Part shown: positions 18,324-28,218 of the stretch, piece by piece
Layout of the letters: every line of letters begins with the position of its first letter
Position numbering within the stretch: the first letter of the stretch is position 1
DNA from: Desulfovibrio sp.
GTDB taxonomy: Bacteria; Desulfobacterota; Desulfovibrionia; Desulfovibrionales; Desulfovibrionaceae
Direction: 5' to 3'
NCBI GenBank assembly: GCA_031551885.1
Contig: JAVBMX010000010.1
Span: 1,083 to 65,082, forward strand
DNA length: 64,000 nt
Translations under genes and position numbers: made by a program
Notes under the pieces: model-generated
Database searches by the model: none
The model's input: the letters and a program-made list of their open reading frames with translations, nothing else
What the model was told of the DNA's origin: nothing

Positions 18324-19982
18324 ATGAGACTGGACCCCAAGTACGCACGTCTGCGGAACACCATCTTCGCGGCAACCCTGTGCTTCGCCCTGCTGCCCCT
18401 GCTTCTTGTGGGCATCATCATTCCCACCCAGTTTACCGGGCTCTACAACGACAAGACCCTCCGGGAAGTGGAAAACGTCGCCAAAGCCAAGAGCCGCACC
18501 ATCGACATGTTCTTTGAGGAACGCATCGCCCAGTTGCGCATCCTGTCCACAATGAACAGCTTCGAGGAACTCACCAAGGCGGGCAAACTCCAGGACGTGC
18601 TGCGCACCTTGAAGAACGCGTCGCCCTCATATGTGGACCTGGGGGTCATCGACATGGACGGCAACCACGCCGCCTACGCCGGCTCCTACGACGTGCGGAA
18701 CGCGAACTACAAGAATGAATTGTGGTTCAGCGAAACCAAGCGCAAGGGCATCTTCATCAGCGACGTGTTTCTCGGGTTCCGGCACTTTCCGCACATCATC
18801 ATCGCCGTATTGCGCGAAGACGGCGACAAAGCCTGGATTCTGCGCGCCACCATCGACTCGGCGCTGTTCACCTCGGTGGTCCAGTCGTCGCAGCTCAGCC
18901 CCGAAGGCGACGCCTTTGTGGTCGGCCGCACCGGAGAGTTGCAAACCGACTCATACCTGGCCGGCCAAACCATGAGCAAAGTTCCCGTGGAATGGCCCCG
19001 CAGCGGCAGTTCCGTTTCCGAAGAACAGCTCCGGGGCAGGAACATGCTTCTGGCCAAAGTTCCTCTCACGCAGGTGCCTTGGCTTTTGGTCGTGGCCGAA
19101 GACCCCGCCCAGGAGTTTTCCCTGCTCTTTCAGACCCGTTCCCTGGCCGCCGTGCTCATTCTTTTTGGGGTGACCGCCCTGGGCCTGGGCACCTGGCTGG
19201 TGACCCGGATGATCGTCAACCGTCTTATGGAGGCGGATCGAGAAAAAGCCTCGTACGACTCATCCCTGCTCCAGTCGAGCAAGATGGCCTCGCTCGGCAA
19301 AATGGCCGCCGGCGTGGCCCACGAAATCAACAACCCGCTCATGCTCATTCGCGAAAACGCCGGCTGGATTCGCGATCTGCTGGAAGACGAAAGCGCCCGC
19401 ACCATGCAGCATCACGCGGATATCCAAAAAGCCGCCCTGAAGGTGGAGCAGCACGTGGACCGGGCCAGAGACATCACCCATCGTCTGCTGGGTTTTGCCC
19501 GCCGGATGGACCCGTCTTCCGAAAGTCTGCCGGTGAACCCCATCGTGGACCAAGCCATCGCATTCCTGGCCGGCGAGGCGACGTTCCGAGGCATCACCAT
19601 CAAACGCGACTTCACCCAAGATGAACTGCGCGTGTCCACCGACGTGGGGCGGCTGCAACAGGTCATCCTCAACGTCATCGACAACGCCATCGACGCCTTG
19701 GGCGGTACGGTTGAAAAGGGCCTTGGGCATGTCATCGTCAAAACCGAAAAACAGGGCGATGCGGCGGTCATTACCATCCGAGACAACGGCCCCGGCATTC
19801 CTCCGGATAAAATCGGCAGCATTTTCGACCCGTTTTTCACCACCAAAGCCCCCGGCGAAGGCACCGGCCTCGGTCTGTCCATCTGCTGGTCGATCATGGA
19901 AAGCTTGGGCGGAACAATCGCGGCCGAAAATCCGCCCGACGGCGGGGCCATGTTCACCATCGTCTTGCCGACCGGGTCGTAG
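18324..19982 (+). CDS. Sensor histidine kinase (Cache-like sensor, HisKA, HATPase)
   Basis: GVAHEINNPL H-box, QVILNVIDNAIDA, DNGPGI, FDPFFTTK, GTGLGLS. ATG 18324 with AGGAG RBS (alternative TTG 18276). Confidence 0.92.
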   Translation: MRLDPKYARLRNTIFAATLCFALLPLLLVGIIIPTQFTGLYNDKTLREVENVAKAKSRTIDMFFEERIAQLRILSTMNSFEELTKAGKLQDVLRTLKNASPSYVDLGVIDMDGNHAAYAGSYDVRNANYKNELWFSETKRKGIFISDVFLGFRHFPHIIIAVLREDGDKAWILRATIDSALFTSVVQSSQLSPEGDAFVVGRTGELQTDSYLAGQTMSKVPVEWPRSGSSVSEEQLRGRNMLLAKVPLTQVPWLLVVAEDPAQEFSLLFQTRSLAAVLILFGVTALGLGTWLVTRMIVNRLMEADREKASYDSSLLQSSKMASLGKMAAGVAHEINNPLMLIRENAGWIRDLLEDESARTMQHHADIQKAALKVEQHVDRARDITHRLLGFARRMDPSSESLPVNPIVDQAIAFLAGEATFRGITIKRDFTQDELRVSTDVGRLQQVILNVIDNAIDALGGTVEKGLGHVIVKTEKQGDAAVITIRDNGPGIPPDKIGSIFDPFFTTKAPGEGTGLGLSICWSIMESLGGTIAAENPPDGGAMFTIVLPTGS

Positions 19983-20022
19983 GTAGATAAATACATTGAC
20001 GATTTTCATCTGGGGGGAATGA

Positions 20023-20160
20023 TTGACTCGGCGCATCATGCGCCTCGCCCTTCGGGCACCGTCGGAAGACCTCCGGCGTCCATCCGGCTTCCTGCCGGAT
20101 GAGCCCCCCAGACCCCCTCATGTGTCGGCAAGCCCATGCAAAGGCGTGTTTGCCGGCAAT
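20023..20160 (-). repeat. Family-A multi-hairpin repeat (20023..20105) abutting a family-B palindrome (20113..20160)
   Basis: The reverse complement aligns closely with 25438..25519 and 45995..46079; the TGTCGGCAA...TTGCCGGCA part aligns with 51758..51822. Confidence 0.85.
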
Positions 20161-20337
20161 TTGCATCACGAAAATATTGCCGATCGATACTCTTCCCCCC
20201 TTCCTTCCGACTCGCAGAGCACGATTGCAGTCCCCGACCGGTTCGGGTAGTCGATTCCTCTGGAGCCCACTTCCCGCCCGGACAGGCGCAGGCAAAGGGC
20301 ATTCCTGACTTTGCGCCTCGCGCGGAACAAAATCTGC

Positions 20338-20367
20338 TTGACGCCCCCCGGAAACGGAACGTATATA
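20338..20367 (+). promoter_or_regulatory. Putative sigma70 promoter
   Basis: TTGACG-N18-TATATA upstream of the small ORF at 20432. Confidence 0.5.
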
Positions 20368-20431
20368 TTGACGGGAAGTTCTTTTGGGAAAACCCTTCCC
20401 ACTCCCTGCAACGCAATTCAAAGGAGACGGA

Positions 20432-20536
20432 ATGAGCGCCAAAGACATCATTACCGTCGGCATGATTCGACGGGTCAACGAACGCCTCATGGAAAAAGGG
20501 GGCGAAGGCGGCGGACGCCGGCCGGTACGCTCCTAA
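20432..20536 (+). CDS. Putative 34-aa small protein
   Basis: AAGGAG RBS 5 nt upstream of the ATG; MSAKDIITVGMIRRVNERLMEKGGEGGGRRPVRS*. Below the ORF-track cutoff. Confidence 0.5.
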   Translation: MSAKDIITVGMIRRVNERLMEKGGEGGGRRPVRS

Positions 20537-20624
20537 TTCCTGGGTCGAGAGCTCTCCAACCCGGTGCAAATCGACGCGGAGTTCATCAATTCCACGTGGG
20601 CGAAAGTCCAGAAGCGATCGCTCT

Positions 20625-21077
20625 GTGGCTAGGTTCAACTATATCTATTCAGAGCTTGTCAAGAAGCCCGGCGATCTTGTCGGGCTTCTTGCCTATAGTA
20701 TCTATAAGCAGGAAAAAATCGACTACCTCACCAGCTTCACAGAAGAAAGAGGCTCCCCGCCCGAGCCGCACGAGCTGGACGAATTCCACCGGATGAGCAT
20801 GAGCCGTTGCCCGCAGTATCGCGTCATCGCGGAGCAATTGATGGAAGAGTTCCAGGCCGAAATTTTTGAGGGCGCGGTGGAAGTTCTCGATACGCAGTAT
20901 AAAAACGAAATGCTGCGCAAACTCACCAACGCGAAGTGGGTCGGCATCTGGCAAAGCTTGGCCGGCTCGGCGCTCTATACGCTGATCATCGGTGCGATTG
21001 TGGTGATTGTCCTGGGCATACGATACGGCGTTTCCGGGGTGCTCACGGAAGCCATGAAAGTTATCGGCGCGCAATAG
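20625..21077 (+). CDS. Hypothetical protein with C-terminal TM helix (lower GC)
   Basis: GTG start; YIYSELV...DLVGLLAYSIYKQEKIDY; hydrophobic C-terminus; followed by a terminator. Confidence 0.75.
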   Translation: MARFNYIYSELVKKPGDLVGLLAYSIYKQEKIDYLTSFTEERGSPPEPHELDEFHRMSMSRCPQYRVIAEQLMEEFQAEIFEGAVEVLDTQYKNEMLRKLTNAKWVGIWQSLAGSALYTLIIGAIVVIVLGIRYGVSGVLTEAMKVIGAQ

Positions 21078-21081
21078 CCCA

Positions 21082-21109
21082 GTCCCCCGGCCGGGGATTT
21101 TTTGTTTTT
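21082..21109 (+). terminator. Rho-independent terminator
   Basis: TCCCC-CGGCC-GGGGA followed by TTTTTTGTTTTT. Confidence 0.65.
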
Positions 21110-21555
21110 CTCCCCATATCCGCCGAGGATGAATATTCCCTCCTCCCAAAGCCACACCGCAAGGGACAATCGTTGCTCCCCAGCAAGCGCGGCCTTGAGC
21201 TCCTCCGACGGGCGGCGTTATCGCGCCGTAGCGAGAAATCTCGCCATCCCCCACTCCATCAGGCAAACGGAAAAACGTTTCGAGCGACGCTTCGGATTCC
21301 ATGGCGTCATGCTCGAACTTTTTGAACGCATCGCTGCAAATGCTTCCGACCGTTGTGACGCCGGTCACCCTTGCCGAAAACGGCCGCCCCGTCCAGGCGG
21401 ATACCCGCTGAAATGTATTGACGGAACTCTATTTCTGTAGATACTTGAACCGGAACGGAAACGACACGATGTCTCGTCGATGCGTCATTCCAAACCAACA
21501 TCATAATACCCCTCGTTACAAACAAAAAAGTTCCTATTATGCGGAAACAGAAAGG

Positions 21556-23697
21556 ATGAAGACGGGACTGAGAACTCGGGTGCTGTGCCTGCCGGGCATT
21601 GTGCTGTTCCTGGCGCTTGGGGGGTTGTGCGCCTTTTTCGCGTTCGTCCCGCGCAATCAGGCCGACGTTGCGTATATACAAACCGTTTCAGCGGAACTGA
21701 ATGCGCATGCCGCAGTCATTCAAAAGAAAACCGACTACGCTTTCGCCCTGATTCGGGCCTTTTCCTCGCAGTTGCAGGGGAGTGCCGGCGTCCCCGCGGT
21801 CATCCGGCGTTCCGTCGCGCTCGCGCAAATGGAACAGCTATACCACGACAACAGGGACGAGTTGGCCGATCTGTGGGTCGTCTGGGAGCCGAACGCCTTT
21901 GACGGCAGGGACGAAGAGTTCATCGACGACAAACCCGCCCACGATCATACCGGCCGATTTATTCCGGTGGTTTCCCGAGGCGGTGTGGAAGCCGTGGCCG
22001 GCTACAACATACCCGGTAAAGACGGTTGGTATATTGAACCGCTGAGAAGCCGGCGCGACTTCGCTTCCGAACCCTACACGTTCACGTATGGCGGCAACGG
22101 CCCCACCGCAACCATGATGACCTTGAGCACCCCGATCGTTCGCGAGGGCGAATCCGTCGGGGTCGCCGGCGTGGACCTCGACCTCACCGAGCTGACGAAT
22201 ACGGTTCGCGGCATGTACACCGACGGCTCCAAAGCGGTGCTGCTGACCGGGGAAGGCACTTTTTTAGTCGCCCCGACCGACGATGCGTCCGGCAAAAACG
22301 TGACCGATATGCCGCAACCCATGCGCGACGTGTTCCTAAAGGCCGCCCGAGGCCAAACCGCCCATGGGGAAATGAAGGACGCGACCTCCGGCGAAACCGT
22401 CTACCTTGTCTATACCCCCGTCGCCATCGGCGATACGGGCAAACCGTGGGTGTTCGGGGTACACATCCCCGCCTCTCGTATTTTTGCCGAGGCCGACGCG
22501 TCTCTGCTGCGGGTCGGCATCGCGGGCGGCGCGGCCTTCCTGCTCGTGCTGCTTGTCCTCTTTTACGCCGTCGGCACGGTGACTCGTCCTCTCCGCACGA
22601 TCGGCGCGACATTGGATGAAGCCGCGCGCGGCAACCTGGACGTCACCCCGAAAGAACTCGAACGCGGGGATGAAATAGGAAACATGACCCGCGCCCTGAA
22701 CGGCCTGCTTACCAAGATACGAGAGCAAAGGGACGAAGCGGCGGAAGAGCACCGGCGGCTTACCCGGGAAGTGGAGCAGGCCCGCCGGGACGAGGAAAGG
22801 ACGCAGGCCGAACTCGCAACAGCCGAGGCGAACCGCGACGCTCTTCTGGACGCCGTCGGCAAAGTCGGCGAGGTGGCGCAACGGGCGGGCGCGGCGGTGG
22901 AAGAGGTCTCCGCCCTCATCGCCGCATCCGGCCGCAGCGCGGGAACCCAAGCCGACAAGCTTGGGGAAACATCTCATTCCCTGGCCGAGGTACGCTCGGC
23001 TGTGGAGGGCGTCACCATCGGAGCGCAAGAATCCTCTCAGGCCTCGACGCATGCGGCCAAGGCCGCCCGGGAAGGCGCGACCGTCGTACGCAGGTCTATG
23101 GAATCCATCGAAACGGCGCACGCCGGCATTGCGGAGCTGAAAGATACCATGCAGGAGCTGCGTCTGCGGACCCGCGCCATCGACAACATCGTCACGGCGA
23201 TCTCCGATATCGCGGACCAGACGAATCTTCTGGCCCTCAACGCGGCCATTGAGGCGGCCCGAGCGGGCGAATCCGGCCGAGGTTTCGCCATAGTGGCCGA
23301 TGAAGTGCGCAAACTGGCCGAAAAAACCGTGACCGCGACCAAAGAGGTCACCGGCACCGTCACGGCCATCAACCGAGGTATCGAAGAGGGACTAAAAGGG
23401 GTGGAGCGGACCGTGACCGGTATGACCGCTTCCACCACCCATGCCGAAGACTCCGGCAAGGCTCTGGATACCCTTGTGGGAGAGGTGGAAGGCATCGATG
23501 CCCGAATAGCCCGGATATCCGAAGCGGCGCAGGGACAACTCGCCGTCTGCGGACGAATCGAAACCGCCGTGGCCGAAATTTCCCGCATGGCCGAGGCGAC
23601 CGCCTCAAGCATGGATGAATCCGCCGCCGCCGTTCTCGAACTGGTCAGGGAAAGCAAAACGCTCCAAGAGCTTCTCCAGCGCATACCCACCGCGTAG
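21556..23697 (+). CDS. Methyl-accepting chemotaxis protein (Cache, HAMP, MCP signal domain)
   Basis: [40 protein letters not shown]; two TM helices; DEIGNM HAMP. Confidence 0.95.
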   Translation: MKTGLRTRVLCLPGIVLFLALGGLCAFFAFVPRNQADVAYIQTVSAELNAHAAVIQKKTDYAFALIRAFSSQLQGSAGVPAVIRRSVALAQMEQLYHDNRDELADLWVVWEPNAFDGRDEEFIDDKPAHDHTGRFIPVVSRGGVEAVAGYNIPGKDGWYIEPLRSRRDFASEPYTFTYGGNGPTATMMTLSTPIVREGESVGVAGVDLDLTELTNTVRGMYTDGSKAVLLTGEGTFLVAPTDDASGKNVTDMPQPMRDVFLKAARGQTAHGEMKDATSGETVYLVYTPVAIGDTGKPWVFGVHIPASRIFAEADASLLRVGIAGGAAFLLVLLVLFYAVGTVTRPLRTIGATLDEAARGNLDVTPKELERGDEIGNMTRALNGLLTKIREQRDEAAEEHRRLTREVEQARRDEERTQAELATAEANRDALLDAVGKVGEVAQRAGAAVEEVSALIAASGRSAGTQADKLGETSHSLAEVRSAVEGVTIGAQESSQASTHAAKAAREGATVVRRSMESIETAHAGIAELKDTMQELRLRTRAIDNIVTAISDIADQTNLLALNAAIEAARAGESGRGFAIVADEVRKLAEKTVTATKEVTGTVTAINRGIEEGLKGVERTVTGMTASTTHAEDSGKALDTLVGEVEGIDARIARISEAAQGQLAVCGRIETAVAEISRMAEATASSMDESAAAVLELVRESKTLQELLQRIPTA

Positions 23698-23977
23698 GCT
23701 TCTTCTTGCCATCGGTTCGAACCCGCATCACGGCGTGCGTCGCCGACGGGCAGGCCGCCCCCTCCGCTCACCCGCTACGCGCAACGACAATGCCGTCGGA
23801 AAATTACCGCGGCATTTACTCCGCTCATAAGGCGATTCCCGGCAAAAGACGAATCAACGTTTCAGTCCTGCGACCGGATGGAAAACAATGCCTGTCGTCG
23901 GCTCTCGGCAAAATACGTCGCTACCGAACGGTGGCGGGATTTGACTTTCGCCGAGAGAGGGGTCATCCTCAACGACC

Positions 23978-24310
23978 ATGATTATCAAAACCTTTTCTCT
24001 TTTCGTGCTGACCGCCATCGCGGAAATTGTCGGATGCTGGTTGCCCTATGTCTGGCTTCGCAAGGGCGGTTCCATCTGGCTTTTGCCGCCGGCCGCGCTC
24101 AGCCTGGCTATTTTCGCCTGGCTGCTGACCATGCACCCGGCGGCGAGCGGACGGGTGTACGCCGCTTACGGCTGCGTGTATGTCGTCACAGCGCTCGTGT
24201 GGCTCAGGGTTGTGGACAGGATTCCCCTGTCGACGACCGACCTCTTGGGCGGGGCCGTGGCTCTCGCCGGCATGCTGACTATCGTTTCCGGCTGGGGCAG
24301 AACCGTCTGA
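23978..24310 (+). CDS. ynfA: YnfA/UPF0060 family small membrane protein
   Basis: [30 protein letters not shown]. Confidence 0.92.
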   Translation: MIIKTFSLFVLTAIAEIVGCWLPYVWLRKGGSIWLLPPAALSLAIFAWLLTMHPAASGRVYAAYGCVYVVTALVWLRVVDRIPLSTTDLLGGAVALAGMLTIVSGWGRTV

Positions 24311-24397
24311 GGCGGTCGCCATGCCCCCACCTCTTCTTTGGCTTTGCCGCTCAGCAGGCGTTGCCCGTGCAGGGTTACACGTTCCACGTGCGTCCGC

Positions 24398-25354
24398 TCA
24401 GCGGCGTCCCAGACTCCAGACCGCGCCGTTGGGAGCGTCGGCAAAAACCTTGGTCCCGTAGCTGATGGCGGTCTTTTGCACCCGCATTTCCGGCCAGGGG
24501 CCGAACTCCGCGCCCAAGGCCTTGAGCAGCGACAACGCCGTGGGGGTCACGGTCTCCCCCTCTCCCGCAAAACCGCGAACCGGCACACCTTCCAGCAGGC
24601 GGAGCACCGCCGGGGCGGGCGACGGCATAAGCCCGTGGGCGCAACGAATCGTTCCGTCCGCCAACGGCAGGGGGCTGCACACGAACCGGTCCGGCTTGAT
24701 CAGGGTGAAGATGCGGCAGGCCAGGCAGGTATCCAGAATGCTGTCCAGGGCACCCACTTCGTGAAAGGCGATCTCGGCCGGAGATGCGCCGTGCACGGCC
24801 GCTTCAGCTTCGGCCAGAATACGAAAAGCCCTGCCGGAAAACTCTTTGGCTTCGACGGGCATGTCCGAGGCTGCGATGATGCCTTCAATGTCCGCCAGGG
24901 TGCGGTGGACATGCTCGTGGGGCAGTTCGATCCGGCAGCCCCAGCCTTGTACGGCGTTGACCGCGCGTTCCTCCAACCGGAGGCTGTTCGTGAGGGCGGG
25001 CAGGCGCAGTTCGGCAACCAGCACCTCCAGCTCTTCGGAAGTCAGCTCCGCCATCCGGGCCAGACCGGCCAACATCATATCTCCCGACAGCCCGGCGACC
25101 GCGCGTACGGTCAAAACCGTACCGCCCGCCGGGGTCGCGCCGCCGCGTCCGTGCGCATACTTATGCCGCTCGGGCTCAGGCGCATGGGAATGACCGTGCT
25201 CATGATAATGTTTATGGTCATGGCCGAAGGCATTTTCGTGCTCGTGGAAGTGCGGATGCGTATGGAAATGCTCAAGCCCGTGGGCGGGATCATTACGGTC
25301 GGAGTGGTCGTGTTCGCCGCAATCGCAGGGGTGATGTTCGTGCTTATGGCTCAT
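24398..25354 (-). CDS. larC: LarC family nickel insertion protein (N-terminal domain type) with His-rich N-terminus
   Basis: GLSGDMMLAGL, HEHVHRTLADI, FHEVGALDSILD, AHGLMPSPAPAV, GETVTPTA; 22 His in the first 68 aa. Confidence 0.88.
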   Translation of the reverse strand: MSHKHEHHPCDCGEHDHSDRNDPAHGLEHFHTHPHFHEHENAFGHDHKHYHEHGHSHAPEPERHKYAHGRGGATPAGGTVLTVRAVAGLSGDMMLAGLARMAELTSEELEVLVAELRLPALTNSLRLEERAVNAVQGWGCRIELPHEHVHRTLADIEGIIAASDMPVEAKEFSGRAFRILAEAEAAVHGASPAEIAFHEVGALDSILDTCLACRIFTLIKPDRFVCSPLPLADGTIRCAHGLMPSPAPAVLRLLEGVPVRGFAGEGETVTPTALSLLKALGAEFGPWPEMRVQKTAISYGTKVFADAPNGAVWSLGRR

Positions 25355-25423
25355 GCCGCTCCTCTGGAAGGTGTTTTCTCAGATAAGCCGTCCCCCTCCG
25401 TAAAACGCAGAATTGTCGACTTC

Positions 25424-25555
25424 TGAGGGGGTTCGGGGGCTCATGCGGCAGGAGCCGCATGGACGCCGGAGGTCTTTCGACGGCGTCCGAAGGGCGAGGC
25501 GCACGATGCGCCGAGTCAAATCATTTCCCCTGCCGGGGGTGCGGGTGCCGCCCGC
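25424..25555 (+). repeat. Family-A multi-hairpin repeat embedded in a REP-like AATCATTTCCCCTGCCGGGGG frame
   Basis: Core 25438..25519 is homologous to 20023..20105 and 45995..46079; the tail is shared with 59089..59110. Lies between larB and larC. Confidence 0.85.
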
Positions 25556-25649
25556 TTAGCCCTGAGACCACAAGTATCTACAATGGTGGAAGCGTTGCCG
25601 GTGGGTGGCCTGCGTGGCCCTGTTTGAGCCCCCACCTTCAAATTTCATC

Positions 25650-26318
25650 TCAACCCAACAAATTCACGACTCTGGCGGCCGCGCAGGCCGCGCCGTAGCC
25701 ATTGTCGATATTGCAGACGGTGACCCCCGGCGCGCAGCTGACCAACATGCTCGCCAGGGCGGTTTCGCCTTTGCGGGCCGCGCCGTAGCCCACAGATGTG
25801 GGCACGCCGAACACCGGCTTGCCGGTGAGCCCACCCATCACCGAGGCCAAGGCCGCGTCCAGGCCTGCCACGACAATGACCACATCGTAGGCGTTCAGTT
25901 CGTCCAGGTTGGAGGTCAAGCGCCACAGGCCGGCCACGCCGTTGTCTTCATATACCTGGTGGGAAATGCCGAGGTATTCCAAGGTCCTGGCGGCCTCCCA
26001 TGTGGTGCGGCCGTCGGCCGTGCCGGCCGAGACCACGGCCACCCTCCCCTTGGGTCGCGCCGGCAGCACGGCGTTGAAGGCCGTGCCGGAAAGCTCGTGA
26101 AAGTCGTACCCTTGCCGCACCTGTTCCGGAAACGAGGCGAACAGGTCCGAAGCAAGACGAGTGAACAGCACGGGAGCATTGAGGGCGCGCAGGTGTTCTT
26201 CCAGCAGCGCCAAAAGGGCCGCGCGATCCTTGCCCTCACAAAACACCGCCTCGGGCAGACCGATACGGGCCGCGCGGGCGTGATCAAACAAGATGCCGTG
26301 CATGGGGCGCATGGTCAT
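25650..26318 (-). CDS. larB: Nickel-pincer cofactor biosynthesis protein LarB
   Basis: DHARAARIGLPEAVFCEGK, VVSAGTAD, DNGVAGLWRL, VAGLDAALASVMGG, VPTSVGYG, VCNIDNGYGAA. Confidence 0.92.
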   Translation of the reverse strand: MTMRPMHGILFDHARAARIGLPEAVFCEGKDRAALLALLEEHLRALNAPVLFTRLASDLFASFPEQVRQGYDFHELSGTAFNAVLPARPKGRVAVVSAGTADGRTTWEAARTLEYLGISHQVYEDNGVAGLWRLTSNLDELNAYDVVIVVAGLDAALASVMGGLTGKPVFGVPTSVGYGAARKGETALASMLVSCAPGVTVCNIDNGYGAACAAARVVNLLG

Positions 26319-26334
26319 GGATTTCTCCGTTCGG

Positions 26335-26916
26335 TCATCGGGACGCCGCTTCGTCCGGCATGCCGTTCCAACGCCGGAACAGCTCGTTTTCCACTCCCAT
26401 GGCGTCCAGAATCCGGCCGACCATCATGTCCACCATGTCTTTCAGGCTGCGCGGGTTGTGGTAAAAACCGGGAGACGCCGGCACAATGGACACCCCCAGG
26501 CGGGCCAGCTTGAGCATATTTTCCAGATGCACGGCATTGAGCGGCGTTTCGCGCACCGCCAAAACCAACGGCCTGCGCTCTTTCAGCATTACGTCGGCAG
26601 CCCGGCAAATCAGATTGTCGGCAAGACCGCCGGCCACGGCGGCCAAGGTGCGCATGCTGCACGGGACAACGACCATGACGTCGCAACGAAAGGAGCCGCT
26701 CGCCAAGGAAGCGCCGAGGTCGTCCTCTGCATGCAACGTGTGGACATGCCGACGAATCTCCTCGTCGCCCACGCCGCATTCATGGCGCAGCACCTTGCGC
26801 CCCCAAGCGCTGAGCACGGCGTGGACTTCGTGCCCGCCGAGCGCGTTCAGGGCGCGCAGCAATTCAAGGCCATAAACGGCCCCGCTCGCGCCGGTGAGTC
26901 CCACGATAATCCTCAT
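26335..26916 (-). CDS. ubiX: Flavin prenyltransferase UbiX
   Basis: IIVGLTGASGAVYG, SLASGSF, PCSMRTLAAVA, RAADVMLKERRPLVLAVRETPL, PASPGFYHNP; ATG 26916 with AAGGGAG RBS. Confidence 0.93.
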   Translation of the reverse strand: MRIIVGLTGASGAVYGLELLRALNALGGHEVHAVLSAWGRKVLRHECGVGDEEIRRHVHTLHAEDDLGASLASGSFRCDVMVVVPCSMRTLAAVAGGLADNLICRAADVMLKERRPLVLAVRETPLNAVHLENMLKLARLGVSIVPASPGFYHNPRSLKDMVDMMVGRILDAMGVENELFRRWNGMPDEAASR

Positions 26917-27227
26917 GCCGATCTCCCTTGTGGGCCGAACGGCCCGAAACCCTTCTTTTACGCCAAAGGCCGCCCACGCACAACGTCCCTGGCCGGCGGT
27001 CCGTACGAACCAGCCGACAAAGCCGCCGAGCCCTCTCCCCCGGCAACGCGCCCATAAGCCGATGTCGCCGCTTATCCGGCAGTGAGCATTTCGGTTGGAC
27101 GGCACCGGAGCCGGCTTGCCGCCAGGCAAGGGAAACGGCGCCCGGCGCCGCAGCGCGGTAAAATGAGCCCACGCCGCCTATCCCGGTATCTTTACACTTC
27201 CGGGGGAGCGCGGTATTCCATAACACT

Positions 27228-28124
27228 ATGCAGGCAGCTTTACTCGACCGGTTGCGCCGGATCCTTGCGGCTCTGCGCCGCCCCCTCATCGCCCTTTCCG
27301 GCGGACTGGACAGCCGCTTTCTGGCTCACGCGGCGCACATGGCGCGGGCCGACGGCGTCCCCCCCCTGCTCGTCCATTGCCGGGGACCGCACATTCCGGA
27401 AAGCGAAACCGCTTCGGCCCAAGCCTTTGCCGCCGCGCGCGGCCTTCCCCTGCACATCTTCGACTTTGATCCGCCGACAATTCCCGAAATCCGCGCCAAC
27501 GGCGTCAGGCGTTGCTATTTCTGCAAACGCGCCCTGTTTTCCGCTTTTCTCACGCTGCGGGGTTCCCTGTGGCCCGGCGACCCACCCCCCCTTTGCGACG
27601 GCACCAACACCTCCGATCTCGGACTCTACCGTCCGGGACTTCAGGCCCTCAAAGAATTGGGAATCCGCTCGCCTCTGGCCGAGGCGGGCTTCGGCAAACA
27701 GGACATTCGCGAAGCCGCCCGCGCCTGCGGTCTGGAAAACCCGGACCAGCAGGCCCGCCCCTGCCTGCTCACCCGTTTCGCCTATGATCTCGCCCCCACA
27801 AGCCCTGCCCTGGTCGCGGCGGGCAGGGCCGAGGCCGACATCGCCGCCCTTGTGGGCGAAGAAGAAAACTTTCGGCTGCGCCTGTTCCCCCCGGATGCGG
27901 CCGAACCCGGCACGCCTTTGCCTTTCGCGGCCGAACTGCACCTGGAACGAGACCTTTCGCCGGAAGAAGAAACCCGAGCCCGTAGCCTGATCTCCGCGCG
28001 GGGTTTTCACTGCCGCGCCGTGCGCGTGTTTGAGCGGGCTTCCGGCACCTATGACGCGGCGGCCGGGCTGAGCGCCGGCGGCTCCCGCCCGGATGCGCCG
28101 AAAGCCGAAGAGAGCCGCCCATGA
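27228..28124 (+). CDS. larE: LarE-like PP-loop ATP-dependent sulfur transferase
   Basis: ALSGGLDSRFL PP-loop, RRCYFCKR, DGTNTSDLGLYRPGLQALKE, SPLAEAGFGKQDIRE, PCLLTRFAY. Confidence 0.85.
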   Translation: MQAALLDRLRRILAALRRPLIALSGGLDSRFLAHAAHMARADGVPPLLVHCRGPHIPESETASAQAFAAARGLPLHIFDFDPPTIPEIRANGVRRCYFCKRALFSAFLTLRGSLWPGDPPPLCDGTNTSDLGLYRPGLQALKELGIRSPLAEAGFGKQDIREAARACGLENPDQQARPCLLTRFAYDLAPTSPALVAAGRAEADIAALVGEEENFRLRLFPPDAAEPGTPLPFAAELHLERDLSPEEETRARSLISARGFHCRAVRVFERASGTYDAAAGLSAGGSRPDAPKAEESRP

Positions 28125-28218
28125 GCCCGGACGTTTTTCCGAGTGACGCCGTGAGCCCGCCCGCTGTTGTCCGATCAGCCGCCGCTGCCGCCCTCACCTC
28201 TTTGCAAAGGAACACCCC

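Noticed and set aside
23712-23730. GGTTCGAACCCG, resembling a tRNA T-arm
   Set aside because: Only a 3-bp stem, with no acceptor, D or anticodon arms.
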